The position numbers were made by a program, and so were the translations under genes. Below the pieces are notes generated by a model, which saw only the letters and a list, made by a program, of their open reading frames with translations, made no database searches and was not told the DNA's origin. Of a stretch of DNA of 64,000 bases, positions 12,426 through 25,288 are shown one piece after another; the first letter of the stretch is position 1, and each line of letters begins with the position of its first letter. Source of the stretch: Gnetum montanum (Eukaryota > Plantae > Gnetophyta); contig MNCI01002454.1 of NCBI GenBank assembly GCA_015680685.1, positions 37,612-101,611 on the forward strand. The letters are read 5' to 3'.

Positions 12426-15400
12426 CACATGTACTAAGGATTTAGATAGAAATGATTGACTGGATTGGCCAACTAATTTCCATCTGTGTTTATGATCTTA
12501 AATGATTTTTTTCCATGGGCTCTAGTAACCAGGAAGGATCCTTCCCAATTAGCTGAGAATTTATCTACATGTTCATGGATGATAGTGAGTACTAGATGAT
12601 CTTCCTTAATCTTACACTTGGTTAAGTTATGGTTATGCTACCATTTCTACCTCTCTTGATATCACTTGATGTGAGTAAGTGTTCATACCTATTGCTCCTT
12701 TACTAAGTTGATTTCCATGGTACATAGCACCTTATGTTGTTCATTGTTGATGAAGTTAGATAAGGCTACTTGGAGTGATGGCACCTATAATTCAAGAGGC
12801 AGAACAACTTTAGAACCACAAACTAGGCTATAAGGGGTTACACTAATCATTGTATGATAGGTTGTTCTATAGGCTCAAAATACATGAACAAGCTACTCAT
12901 GCCACTTGCATTTGCTATTATTCAACATCATTTTGAGCAAGTTGATGATGACCTTATTTCTTGATTTTTCTTGTTCATTAGCTTAAGGGTAATATGGCAA
13001 TGAGAAAGAGTGCTTAATACCCAAGCCATGACAAAAATTTCTCATTTCTTGGCTACTAAACTATGATCCATTGTCTATGACTATGATCATAGATATGACA
13101 AAAAGGGCTATAATGTTGTCAAGTATGAATTTATAGAATTTCTTAAATGTAGTCTTCCTTAGAGAAATAGCCTCAACCCTCTTTCTAAAGTATTCAGTTG
13201 TCATAATGATGAAGCTATGCCTTGTAGAAGACTTTGGCATTATCGATCTAATGATATTCAACCTCCACCATTGGAACAACCAAGTTATCTGAGTAGTGTG
13301 TAACTCAGTTGGTGGTATGTGTATGAGATTGCTATGCCATTGGCATGTGTCATAATTTTTGACCTTCTACAGGCAATCATTTTTCACATAGAGCTAGTAA
13401 TAGCCTAACAATCTAATCTTAGAGGCCATAGCTCTAGGTCCTATATGTCCCCGACAAACACCTTCATGAATTTTCTCTAGGATTGTTCAGGCTTCGATTT
13501 TACATAAGCATACTAGCAATATGCCATCATAGGACCATCAACATAATTTGTTATCACCTACAATGACATAATATTTTGATCATTTATATACAATGTCCTT
13601 TTAAGTAGTAGTCAGGCCTTATGAAAGCTCACCATGCATAAGGTAAAACTTGATATCATCATACCAGTTCCTTGCAAGAGCAATATGGACTACAACCACA
13701 AATGTATCATCAATGCTCTATGTTATGGGAATAGCATAGTCCATGATCAAGGTGGGTAATTTACTAAACACATTTGGTATTACACTAAGGGCTAGTGTTA
13801 CAATGGCATCAACTATAGCATTTTCATTTTGGGGTATATGTTGGATATTAACTTCTATAAATTGTTGTAACAATTTCCTTCCTAAGTCATAATAAGGTTG
13901 TAACTATTTATCCTTGCATGCATAAACCTTGATTACTTGGTTAACAATAAGTTATCAATTGTCCTTGATTGTTAAATTCTTGATTCCTAGGTCATTAGTT
14001 ACCATCATCCCTCTGATCAAACCCTCATACTTTGCTATGTTGTTGGTACATGGAAATTCAAAATGATAGGCAAAGGATCAGATTTTTCCAAATGGGAATG
14101 TTATGATAGTAATGGCACTGGCTTCATAGGTATTTGAAGCTCTATCAAAGTGCATCACCACCTCATAACCCTTAGAAACTTGGTTAATGATGTTGACATG
14201 TTCATCAGGGAACTTAGGATCTATGGTTACTTGGTCAACAATAGGAAAAATAGTGAGTTGTATGGCTATGGCTTGACCTTTCATTGAGATTGAGAGATAT
14301 AATGAAGGTCAAACTCCATTGTTATGGCTTTTCATTAGGCTATATGACTACTCTCATATATGTTGGTCATTATGGCTCTAAGCACATTATCTTTGCAAAT
14401 GACATTGACCTAGCTTCTGAAGAGGTAACATCTCCACTTCTTCAATGAGAAGACTAGTGCTAGACAATACTTCTCCACTTTAGTGTATTATGTCTCATGG
14501 GAAACCAATGCATGGCTAAGGTAGTATACTATCATATTTTCCCCATCATCATGTTTTTAATAGAGTAGAGTAGCAATGGATGTGTTAGAGATAGCAAGGT
14601 AGATGCAAATTAGTTTACCCTCTTGTGGAGTTTAGACTATTGGTAGTTATTCCAACTCTTGCTTAAGGTTTTCAAAGGCCTCTTAGCATTGAGTTGTCCA
14701 CGCATAGTGAACTCCTTTCTTAAGAAAGTGTTGCATGGATTGTAAGTTATCTATAAGCCTAGAGATGAACCTACAAATAAATTTTAGTCTACCTTGCAAT
14801 CCCCANNNNNNNNNNNNNNNNNNNNNNNNNNNNNNNNNNNNNNNNNNNNNNNNNNNNNNNNNNNNNNNNNNNNNNNNNNNNNNNNNCCCAAGGGGTCATG
14901 AAGGTTGTTCTAAGTTGGTGTTCTAGGTTGATCCTAATCTAGTTGTATCCCAAGAACACATCCATGAAGTATAATAAGGCATGCCCAGCCATAGCATCAA
15001 TAAGTTCATTAATGATAGGGAAAGGAAATTTAGCCTTAACAATTTTCTTATTTAGGTCGTAGAAATTGATGCAAATATGAATACTTCATTTTTTCTTAGG
15101 GACTACCACTATGTTGAACACCCATTCTATGTAATCAATGCCTCTTATGAACCTAGCTTAGTATAGATTTGTGATTTCATCATAGATTATTAAGGATAAA
15201 TCAAGCGTAATCTTGCAAACATTCTACTTAACTCATCTAATGCTAGGATTAAGTATGATGTTATGTTGTACTAAATGCAGATCTAGACCTAGCATATCTT
15301 CATATGATTAGGCAAAGACTTTAATGTTATCTTGCAAGACCTTGGTGATGTCTTGAGCCTGTCGAGGTTCTAGTGAGGAACTTAGTTTTAGGATTTTCTT

Positions 15401-15660
15401 CTCACCACTGTGTGTTGTGACAGGAATCACAACGAGAGAGTCTTTAGTAATGTTCCCAACTTCAAGGTTAAGGTTCTTAATTATGTTTTTAGGCCACTCT
15501 AGAGGTTTCTCTATTGAGACTATGTGGTTGACAAAACTCTTAGGCTTAGGATCTAGACAATCAGGGTTGATACACCATTCAACATCATTGTGAGGCCTAC
15601 TCAGGTTCAAGGGTAAATTGATCTACTTCCAAGTACTCATACTTTAATACTACATGTGAA
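12426..15660 (-). pseudogene. pol: T2 pol: RT - RNase H - additional (archaeal-type) RNase H - integrase
   Basis: RT: YFMDVFLGYN*IRI...TTFMTPW (~14970-14890) and LQGRL; aRH: VMHFDRASNTYEASAITII (ORF 14078-14284); INT: HEGVCRGHIG...GYY (~13470-13395), SMIIVIDNGS (ORF 13061-13279), NWEGSF (~12550). Confidence 0.9.
14806..14886. other. Assembly gap (81 N) covering the RT catalytic region
   Basis: Run of N between the TPWG and LQGRL motifs. Confidence 0.95.
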
Positions 15661-16327
15661 CTAAAAGCATATTAAGTGGCACCTAGGTAAAAATGTATAA
15701 ATAATATTGAAAATGTTGTGAAATCATGCAACATGTGATTCCTTAGCTGAATATAATGCAAAAAAAGATCATCTAAGGCTATAAGGAGGTAGAAATAAAC
15801 AAACACAATGGAACAAGGGCTAAAAAAAGGTTAAATAAAGTTCCAATAGGGTGTATCAAGGTGAAGAATGAGAAATAAAGCCAAAATAGTCAACAAAGGT
15901 TACGATCTTGCTAGTTTTAGGCCTTAGCAGGCCATGGTTACTTGGTGTTAAGTGGTGGTTAGGGAAGGTCAAAACCCATCATTCAATGCCAATCAAAGGT
16001 CAAAAAAAGGCTGTAAAAAGGCCATAATAAAGAAAATAAAATAAACCTAGGAAAACATAAAGCCATGTAGGAACCAAATGATGGCCAAGAGGGGCAATAG
16101 TATAAAATAAGGCAAAAAACAAGTAGAAACATTATGAAACAAGATCAAATAAATGAAAATGGGATGCATTTAGTAAAAATTGGCTAATACTGGTTAAATA
16201 GGGTTAGATGTTTCTAGTTTTAGGCCTTAGTGAGCCATGGTTTAAGGATACTAGGGTGCAATATGAGTTTAGACATCAATCAGGGCTGTTTTGAGGCTGT
16301 TTAAGCTAAAAACAAGGTTTTTAGGGT

Positions 16328-19177
16328 ATCCACACTAGACCCATGCTAGATCTACACTAGCTAGCATGGATGGGGTAACCCCTAGCATGGATGGGATATC
16401 TTGGTGATTTCTTAGGATCATTTTAAGTAGTTTTTAACTTCTGGTAACTTGCATGTCATTGCAGTGGATTGAGGAAGGAAATAGGCTATCTTTCACATTA
16501 ATTTTGATCCCTGGAAATCCTCATTGAAGCCTGAAAGTGCCATCCATGCTAGTCAACATGGACCCAACATGGATACTAATAAAAATGGATTACATGACAT
16601 CCAAAGGAACCAAATTGGAATTCCATAGCTTTTCAAGGATAGAGTAGGTCCATATTTGCCAAGATTGGTCATTTTGGAGATCAAAAATGGTTAAAAGGAT
16701 GTTTTAAAGCTATACCCCATGTATCCATGCTATCAAGCATGGATGGAAGGGGGCATAGCATAGATGATCCATATATGGGCTATAACAGGATCAAACAATG
16801 CTGGATTTGCAATCAAAATCGAGTTTCTATAGTTGTACACTCCCAAACTGTGTTTTCAGGCCATTCCAGAAGGATTTTGAACATTAAATTAACTTAGTTA
16901 AAGTATCCACACTGGGTCCATGCTAGCTAATGGGGTTGACTAGGGGTGCTCTTTCTTTTTTATTTTGGGATGGTTTTAGAAGCAAATTGACGAAGTTTTC
17001 ATGCTTTTAGGGCTGGAAATAGTCATTTCTCCAATTTTTAGTCAAACCTGGCTAGGTTTTAAAGCTATTTAAGGTCATGCATGGTCATTCCTCCCTTATC
17101 CATGTTGGGCAACATTAATCCAATGTGGATGAACTGGCTTGGTATGTTTCAAAGATAAAAATAAGTCAAACTAGTACAAACTCAAGGCGAAGAGATTATA
17201 GGATTTGCTTGTGTAGGTTCTTGGTCTCTAGGGGTGTTAATTTGCTGTTGAAAGTTGAAAGTCAGCTCATCCACACTAGATCAATGCTACCCAACATAGA
17301 TCAGGCCTTCTATAGTGTGGAGAGATAAAAAATGTTAGATCTAAGCCAATTCAACAGCAAATCAACCATGCATGTCAACTCCCAAGATTTCCAATGTTAA
17401 GGACTAGGATTTGAAATGAAATTTTAGTAGTTTTGAGTGCTTCCAAGTGGTTTTGGAGGTTTCCCCCTTGGATGAAAATTGGATCCATGCTAGCCAATGT
17501 GGATCCAATGTGGAGGATCCAAGGGGGTTAGTTTTTTGAAGTTTTTGACAAGTTTTAGTCATGCATGCGTATCTTCAAGGTTGCTGATGTTGATGATTAA
17601 ATTCTAAGATGAATATTTGGTGGTTTGAAATATTTTTTGGATGGTTTTTGAACTTACCCCTCTAGATCCATGTTGGATCCACATTGACCAATGTGGATCC
17701 AGCATGAAGGATTCAAGGGGATTAATTTCTTGTAGTTTTTTGGTCATTTATGTAAATTTTAAGGGCTTTGGGAGGTACTACTAGGGTTCTACAATGCATA
17801 AAATGCTATCTAATGTTATTTTAACATGTTTATTAGCTTTCCATTGGTTACCTCCTCTATATTCATGTTGGGTAGTGTGGATGAGGGAGGTCACTAGAGT
17901 GGGAGCAAGAGTGACCATTAAATAAAATGAGTTTTGTTGGGTTTTGGCTACCAGAGTCTCTAAGAGAATAAGAAACTCAACACTTGTCAATTTCAATGAA
18001 AATCATGAGAGTTTTGGCCATACCCCCTTTCATCCCTACTAAATCCACATTAGACGACATGGATGAGGTCCCCCTAGTGTGGCTCCACTTGGATTCAAGT
18101 TTTTATCAACTTTTGGCAAGATCCAATAGGGCTTCGAAGCTATTGGGGCTACAAGGGTTGAGGGTTAAGACTTAGTGTCAAAATCCATCAATTTCAAGGC
18201 TCCTTGATTCCTCATAATATCATCCCTCTTTTTATCCACACTAGGTAGCATGGCCCTAGCATCGATGAGAAGGGGATGACAACTTTTTAATATTTCTGGT
18301 TAATTTTGTGGTATCTAGAGGTTTCAAAAGGTCCCAAGAGGATTGTAAGGTTACTAGGGTAGGTTTTAAGGTTATTTGGGCTACAAAAATAGATTCTTTT
18401 GAATATCCTGGTGCCTCCAAGCTGGATCCATGTTGCACAACCTGGATGGAGGGTTCACTAGTGTGGACAATGTTTCATGTGTAAAACATCCCTCAAATCT
18501 TAGAAACTATTGAATACCAAAGACCATGAAATGGTATCTAGGCTATTGGAGTGCATTTTGTGGTTGTTTAAGGTTGTGGAAAGTGAATTATGGCATACCC
18601 CTAGGGCATCCACACTAGGTAACATGAATGAGAGGTTCACTAATGTGATGGAGGGTTTCATATACAAAATAACTAGTTAGTTTTTAGTCAATCTATGCTA
18701 TTGATAGTTGACAAGGGGTATTACTATCAAAAGATTGCAACTGGATGGTCGAATTTAGTAACTTAAGATCACCCCCACCCATCCAAGCTTGGTAACATAG
18801 ATGGAGCCCCCTCATCAAGGATCAACTAGATCTAAAACTTTTGATCACTTTTTACTAGATTTACCAAGGTTCCAGAGCATCTAGGGGTGACTAAAGAGGT
18901 TTAAGGTTTTGTGGGGTTTACCTTGGGATCAAATCAGGGCTTGGTAAGCATCAAAGGATGAATATGAATGTTACCCCCATTGGGTAATGCTAGAGCCATG
19001 CTGGGTAGTGTTGCCCTAGTGTGGATGCCCAAAGTGATAATATTTTCCAAGATCTTACCCCCTATCAAGATCTAGGGTTCATGTATGTTGATGGTAGATG
19101 TCAAAAATAGTAATAAGAAAGGTTAGGTAGCCAAGGGAATAGAATCCATGCTGGATCCACACTGCCTAGCATGGATG
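16328..19177. repeat. Periodic array of 16 palindromic 22-bp dyads (inferred ancestor ATCCACGCTG-NN-CAGCGTGGAT) with divergent spacers, mean period 187 bp
   Basis: Dyad starts at 16350, 16542, 16723, 16916, 17098, 17280, 17483, 17677, 17861, 18043, 18234, 18426, 18608, 18781, 18994, 19155; perfect example atccacattg-ac-caatgtggat at 17677. Confidence 0.85.
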
Positions 19178-19570
19178 CATGGGTGGATAAAGGAAAAACA
19201 TGATTTGGATGTTCCAAGGGGTTAAATCCCTAACATTGGTGAGGTTTCCAAGCTTGGAACACCATGCATGGGAGGCATATGATGGGGACCATCATAAGAA
19301 ATTCAAAAATTTGAACTTAGTGCTATCTCCCACCACTTCCAACATTGACAAGACTTTAGCCCCTTCACACTTTAATGCACCATGATTTTTAGTGAACAAA
19401 ATTGGTAATGGGGTTATGAAGAAGGTGTTTAGGTTTTGTATCTAGGTTTTATGCTTTGTACCACCAAAAATCCATTTTAAACTTTCATTCTCTACTATAG
19501 AGCACCCTGTAGAGCTCTAGCAAAGATTTTCATATTTCCACACTTCTCACCTTTAGTGTGGTTGATTCAT

Positions 19571-22500
19571 ATGTCCACCCAAGGTAGCATTGAAGCTTAA
19601 ACTCTTTAATTTTTAGAGTTTTCTTAGCCTTGATCAACAAGGATGAAGAAGAAAGGCACCAACAGCAAGAACCTAACCATTAAGGAAGTGGATGTAGTAG
19701 CCTAGGGCATCTCTCATCTACCCAAGCCTATTGTGATGTAAACTTTGCATGTTGTAATCCCAAGGTAGGCCATTGCTAGCCATTTTATTTATTTCTTAGT
19801 CATTTTTTATGTTTTCTTTAGTTGGGGATAGTCATTTAGATCATTAAAATTAACTTTTGATGAAGTCCCATCCCCTATTTTGATTCTTTTTATGTGGATC
19901 TAAGGTCATTTAGTTATTTTGGCTTCATTTAATTAGGTTTTAAAATTAGGTTTTGGTGTTTCATACCAATTTTGGCAAAAAGAAAGCATAATTTTCAAAT
20001 TTTTTATTAAGAAACCAATTAGGCATTGTTAAAATTTATGGTTTTAGGTTTTTAGAGCTAGATTTGGGCTTTTTTCTTGGCTAAGACCTTGTCCAATTTG
20101 GAGTTGTAATGAGGGATATATGGCTATTTTGGTTATGTTGTGTGGTTGATTTTTGTGCCATTTTCAGATTTTCATAGAAGTTTACAAATTTTTTTTGAAG
20201 AAATTGTAGGGGTTTTTAATTTTTGAAGGTTATGAGTATGTAGGGCTCGATTTAAGCTTTCAAATTATGGTGGAATCACTCTATTTGGAGTTAAAAAAAA
20301 TTTCTATCAAATTTTGTACCAACCCTACATTAAAGGGGTTTTTTTAATGATGACCATGGTTATGTCAAATTGGTTACATTTTATGCAAAAATGGCTATGA
20401 ATTTTGATTTTTTTATCTTTATGGCTATAAAGTTTATGATTTCAGAATTCCTTTAGTGGTGGAATTATTAAAATCAGAGTTAAAATGAATTTTTCAAAAA
20501 GTTGTATAAATTAGGCTTTGTTATGGTTGTATTAGTTTTACCCCTTAGGGATGGGCAGTGTTGACACATTTAGAAAATTTTCTTATCAATGTCCAATGTT
20601 CCAAGGGAATCCTTAGGACATTACCAATATTCTAAATTTGGTTTCAAGGTTATTAAAAATGTTACTATTTTTAGTAAGGTTTTTCCTAGGGTCATTTTTG
20701 AGGGTTTCTAAAGGGCTTTTTGTGTCAACACTATTTTAAACTTAGGCACAATTTTGGTCACGATGTTTTGGCTATGATGTATAAAGGCTATAAAGGTTGT
20801 AATGATATTGACATTGAATTTCTAAATGAATTTTAACAAACACTTTTTTTATAGGGGCTAATTTCACCTCCAACTAGGATGTTTGGTAAAATATTTTAAG
20901 AAATTCTAAATGTTGAAAAATGACTCTAATGGTATTTTTATTTTTTCATGTAGGGCCTTTCTAAAACATATCCTCCTTGTGGTTTAGTTGGTAGGAATAT
21001 TATGATGTATCAACCAATCCAAGGTGAATGACCCTTCTCAAAACTTGGTTCTGGAATGAGGCTCACTATGGTTACACCCAGGGACAAGGAAATTCATTTC
21101 CTAAATCTTGCAGAACTTTAGTCTGATGTTGTGGTCACACTTGTTTGCAAATGTGATGAGGGTTATAGTGGAGACCTTGCTACCTAGGTCTACAAGACTG
21201 ATCATCATATTCATAACTACTGATCCTAAAACCTGAGTAGCAAGGGAGTTGGTAGAGACTATGGACACTGTTGACACACATCACTTATCAAAGATCTAGA
21301 GTACACCAGAGTATTTTTAGTATAATGTTGATAATACTCTAATGGTGGCCTCACACATTGTTCTAGAATTAGCCTGACATCATGTACCAAATGTACAGGT
21401 AAGCATAGTTATTATAGTTTCCTAGCATTTTTGGCCTTACCAATTTGATCACTTTTCTTAACTTGTCGGTTTCATGCACATATTGTAGGTACAAGGTTAA
21501 TGAGCAAGGCTTGATTAAGAATGATCAAACATTGGTGGTGGCCCAAACTACCTTAAATGTATTTATCAAAGGCCTCAAGGTCCAAATCATTATGTATGAG
21601 TAGTTAAGAGGGGACTTTGATAAATACACTAATATGTTTAACCTTATTTACAAGAATTGTGTAGCTACCAAAATAGTACATAGTTGGTGAATGGCATCCA
21701 AGAACATTAAGAAGAAGGGTATTGCTACTCGGACCCCCACTTGAGCCTCACTAAATAAAAGAAAGAAAGATGAGAATAAGAATGATTTCCTATGTTATAC
21801 ATTTTATTTCTATGGCTACATTTTGCTTTTGATGTGTGTGCCTATGTTGATGCTAAGAATTTTTTATTGCCTTGTAGGACCTTCCACTTCTTTTGACATC
21901 ACCTTACCCATTTCAAGATGCTCGAAGGATACCCTCATCCTAAAATTTGGTGAGGTAAGGCTAATACAAAAATGGTTGAGGGAATAGACACCTAGAATCA
22001 TCCAAGAAAACATTGAACATGCAATCTTACTTGATGTTCTCATGGAAGCTTCCCCCTCCATCTCTATTGTAAAGTTGTTGAACGCTATTGACTGTTCTAT
22101 TGTAGGAGCCAGTTAATTCATCACTATAGTACAAGTTGTGCCAATCATCATTCTTGTTAATGATGAGATCTTCTGTTACTTGTTTGGTCTTCCCACTAAC
22201 AGGATGAAGGTTATCACCAAAGTAGGGAAGGAGGTTAGCCATCATGAGAAAGTTGAGGAGTGATTTGATGCTAGCAAGGGTCACTCTAGACTTGCCTTGA
22301 ATGGCTTCAAGAATCTTGAAGCAAAGGAATCCTATCATTTATTTTGATGTTGATAATTTCCTAAATTGTTGTCATAAGAGAAGGTGATTGGTAATGTATA
22401 GGAACAAACCTTTAAGAAGGTCCTAACTCAGGGTACTTAATTCAACTGGGATACTTCCTTGGTTGTAAGGCTTCAAGAGAATATCCTCAAGCTCTACGAA

Positions 22501-24640
22501 GATACCTCTATCATAGTCCACATGCATTATGCATTTTTTGTAGGTTATTTTAAGAGGTTTGCAGAGTTCCTGGTGGTGAGGAGGCATGCTCATGACTTGC
22601 TCTCTAGGCCTTGGATAAAGCATATTTATCTAACTATGCAAGCCTATAATCCATTAGAGAAGATGAGTGACTCACTATCTATTACCACCAATGATTTTGG
22701 TGGTAGGTGATGCACTTCTTTTGATAGCATGTGGGTGGAGCCCCACATAGTTCCAATGAATGTCAAGAGGGCTCAAGAGTTGTGCAACAAGGCTGACGAG
22801 GTAGCTAAGGTAAAGATGAAATAGCCTGTAGAGGAAGTACCACTAACAACAGAGTAGCTTACCATGAAGAAGCTCAAGTTGAGGCTTAATAGGTCACATC
22901 AAGTAGTTACTAGTATGTATTAAGTATTTTTTAGTGTTTTGCTATGCTATGTTTTACGTCTTATGGCTATTTTTTTATTTCATGTGCTAACTTATTTTAT
23001 GTCTTATGGTTGTAGGTAAGAGTCAGGATGTGGTAGATCAAGCTACCATTGAGGAGGAAGCACAAAGGTGTGCAACTATAATAATGGAGGAGGCACAGAG
23101 GCATGTCATTGTTGCAACTGTGGAGGAACAAATATGTGTAGAGGATACACTCTTATATCAACATGAGGTTGAAGGGTTAGCCAACATTGATTTGGATGAC
23201 CTTGACACCTTGTTTGGTGAGCCATTGCTAGGTGCATCCCTCATCGTTGTCCCAAAGGAGGAAGAGGAGGAGCTAGGTATGCACATGCCTTAATGCTACT
23301 TATTATAACCTATGGTTTTATGTTAAGTTTTAATTCTAATTATTTGATGATTTTTATGCTTGTAGTAGTTCCTAAGCCACTAGCAAAGGTTCCTACCCCT
23401 ACGTTTCATGTGAAACCATGGGTAGTGGTCCTAGAAAAGGTGGAGTTCATGCACAGGATGGCCTAAGACATCATCAATTAATTTCAACAAGTTGCATCCA
23501 AGATTGATAAAAACTATATTTTATTTGCCTTAGTTTTTTTGTTGTGAGTTTTATTCATGTTATGGCTATCTCAGATTATATATAGTGGTTATGATTATAT
23601 TTATGTTCATGATTTTTTTGCAGTGCCATTAGTTGTGTGGGACTTGAACTGTAACATGGAGTTTGATTCCTTGCTAAAGATTCTTTCTGATGTTTATAAT
23701 GTTCCCTTGAATTTATACGAAATTGCCACTAATATTGTAGTTTTGTGTGTAAAAACTTCATATAAATTTTAAAGATCTAATGAATCCTTATGGAAGCAAG
23801 TTGTGGTCTTAAGGGATGAGACCAAGAGACAAGCTGAGAGGATCATGGGCCTTGAGGACCATAAGGCCTTTGTGAAAGCCCAAGTGGCTAACATAGAACT
23901 TAAAGACTAAAGATATCACCTAGGCTTGTTACTGGTACACCATCCATGATAAGGTTTCCCTAGCTAGAAAGATGGTGGAGCAATAGATCCAAATGGATTT
24001 GATCTCCTGAAAAGCCAAGGATTGGAAGGATTACTATGCCTAGGTCCTACATTGGGGCAAAACACAAAAGAATCATAAATGACAGTACAAGGCTAATTGG
24101 GAGGCATACCTTAAGTCGCTCAAAGAGGAGATGAATGAATGACACAAGAGAGAGTTGTTCATCCAAGGGATTCAAGTTGAGAATGCTTACCAACTCTTTG
24201 AAAGCACTATCATGATGGCTAAATCTCCTACTCATGAGGTCACTATGGTTGTAGGTGAGACTTCTACAACTATGATGTCATAGGACCTACCAAATTGGAC
24301 TAGGGTGGATCAACCAAACATCCTCATAGGCATTAATTTTTAGAATGTTAATTGGGCCAATAGGGAAAAAGACCAAATTCTCCATCATTTGGATACTGGT
24401 CTTTAACATATTCTCCCAAAATTCATTGAACCAAATTTCCCACAGGTTTGATGGATTTTATATTTTTTATAATTTTTGTTTTATTTAAGTCATTGGTTTT
24501 ATTGTTTGGTTATTAATAAACTTCATGTTGGTATGTCACAGACACTAGGGGATGTTGATGGTCCTGGTGGTGATGGCAATGATGATGATCTTAGCCTTCT
24601 TTTCTTGATGTTCCATGATTCTACTAGATGCCTATTGTGA
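19571..24640 (+). pseudogene. Antisense ~8-exon accessory gene of T2
   Basis: ATG at 19571 or 19643; introns 19765-20953, 21399-21488, ~21776-21877, 22913-23015, 23277-23365, ~23506-23623, 24446-24541 (GT..AG, two donors decayed to AT, ctaa branch-like motifs). Exon 1 phase 2 joins in frame to the conserved frame of exon 2. Motif G T * FNWDTSLVVRLQ...YAFFVGY. Confidence 0.8.
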
Positions 24641-25288
24641 TCTTTTTTTTTTTTGTTTCATTTTTATTTTTGATGGATGTTGTATGGCTAGTGTTGGCCA
24701 AGACTTTGTAATGTATGGATTTGTGCTAATTATTTACTATCTTTTAGACATTTTTGTTACATAGGATGGCCATGGTCATTTATGTTATAAACATTTTAAA
24801 TTTAAAGCTTTGGTTTTAATTTTGGCTATATATGTTGTTGATGGCTTTACTATTTTAAGGTCTTAAGGTTATAAATGTTGTAAATGACTATGGTGTAGAT
24901 GGCTACATTGGATTTAACTTTAAAAATAGCTATAAAGCTATAGACTAAGAATGCATATAGTTTAAGGCCATGGTGGGCCTAAGTTGTAAGAAAAGATATA
25001 TAATTTTTGTTTATTTTATATTTTAATATTTTAATGGTTTTTCTAGTTTTATAATTTTTATGAGGTTTTTTCACTTTATATCATGCTAAAAAAGGAAAAA
25101 CAAGGAAAGAAAAATGCTTTAATAAAAATCAAAAGAAAAGTGAATCCTTAGCCTATATGAGGAAAAAGATTAAAATAAAGCAAGTAAAAAGGCATGAATA
25201 GGCAACAATAAAATCTATGCTAATTGGCTATTAATACATATGGTTGCAATGTCATAGGGGTAGAGGGTAGAAGGATCAAGAATGTGCA

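Noticed and set aside
14806-14886. Apparent loss of the RT YxDD region in T2
   Set aside because: Falls in an N gap; the missing RT stretch is normally longer than 81 nt, so gap size is probably underestimated and nothing can be concluded
16328-19177. CRISPR-like appearance (palindromic repeats with unique spacers)
   Set aside because: Repeats are degenerate, spacers are ~165 bp, there are no cas genes, and the context is a plant retrotransposon
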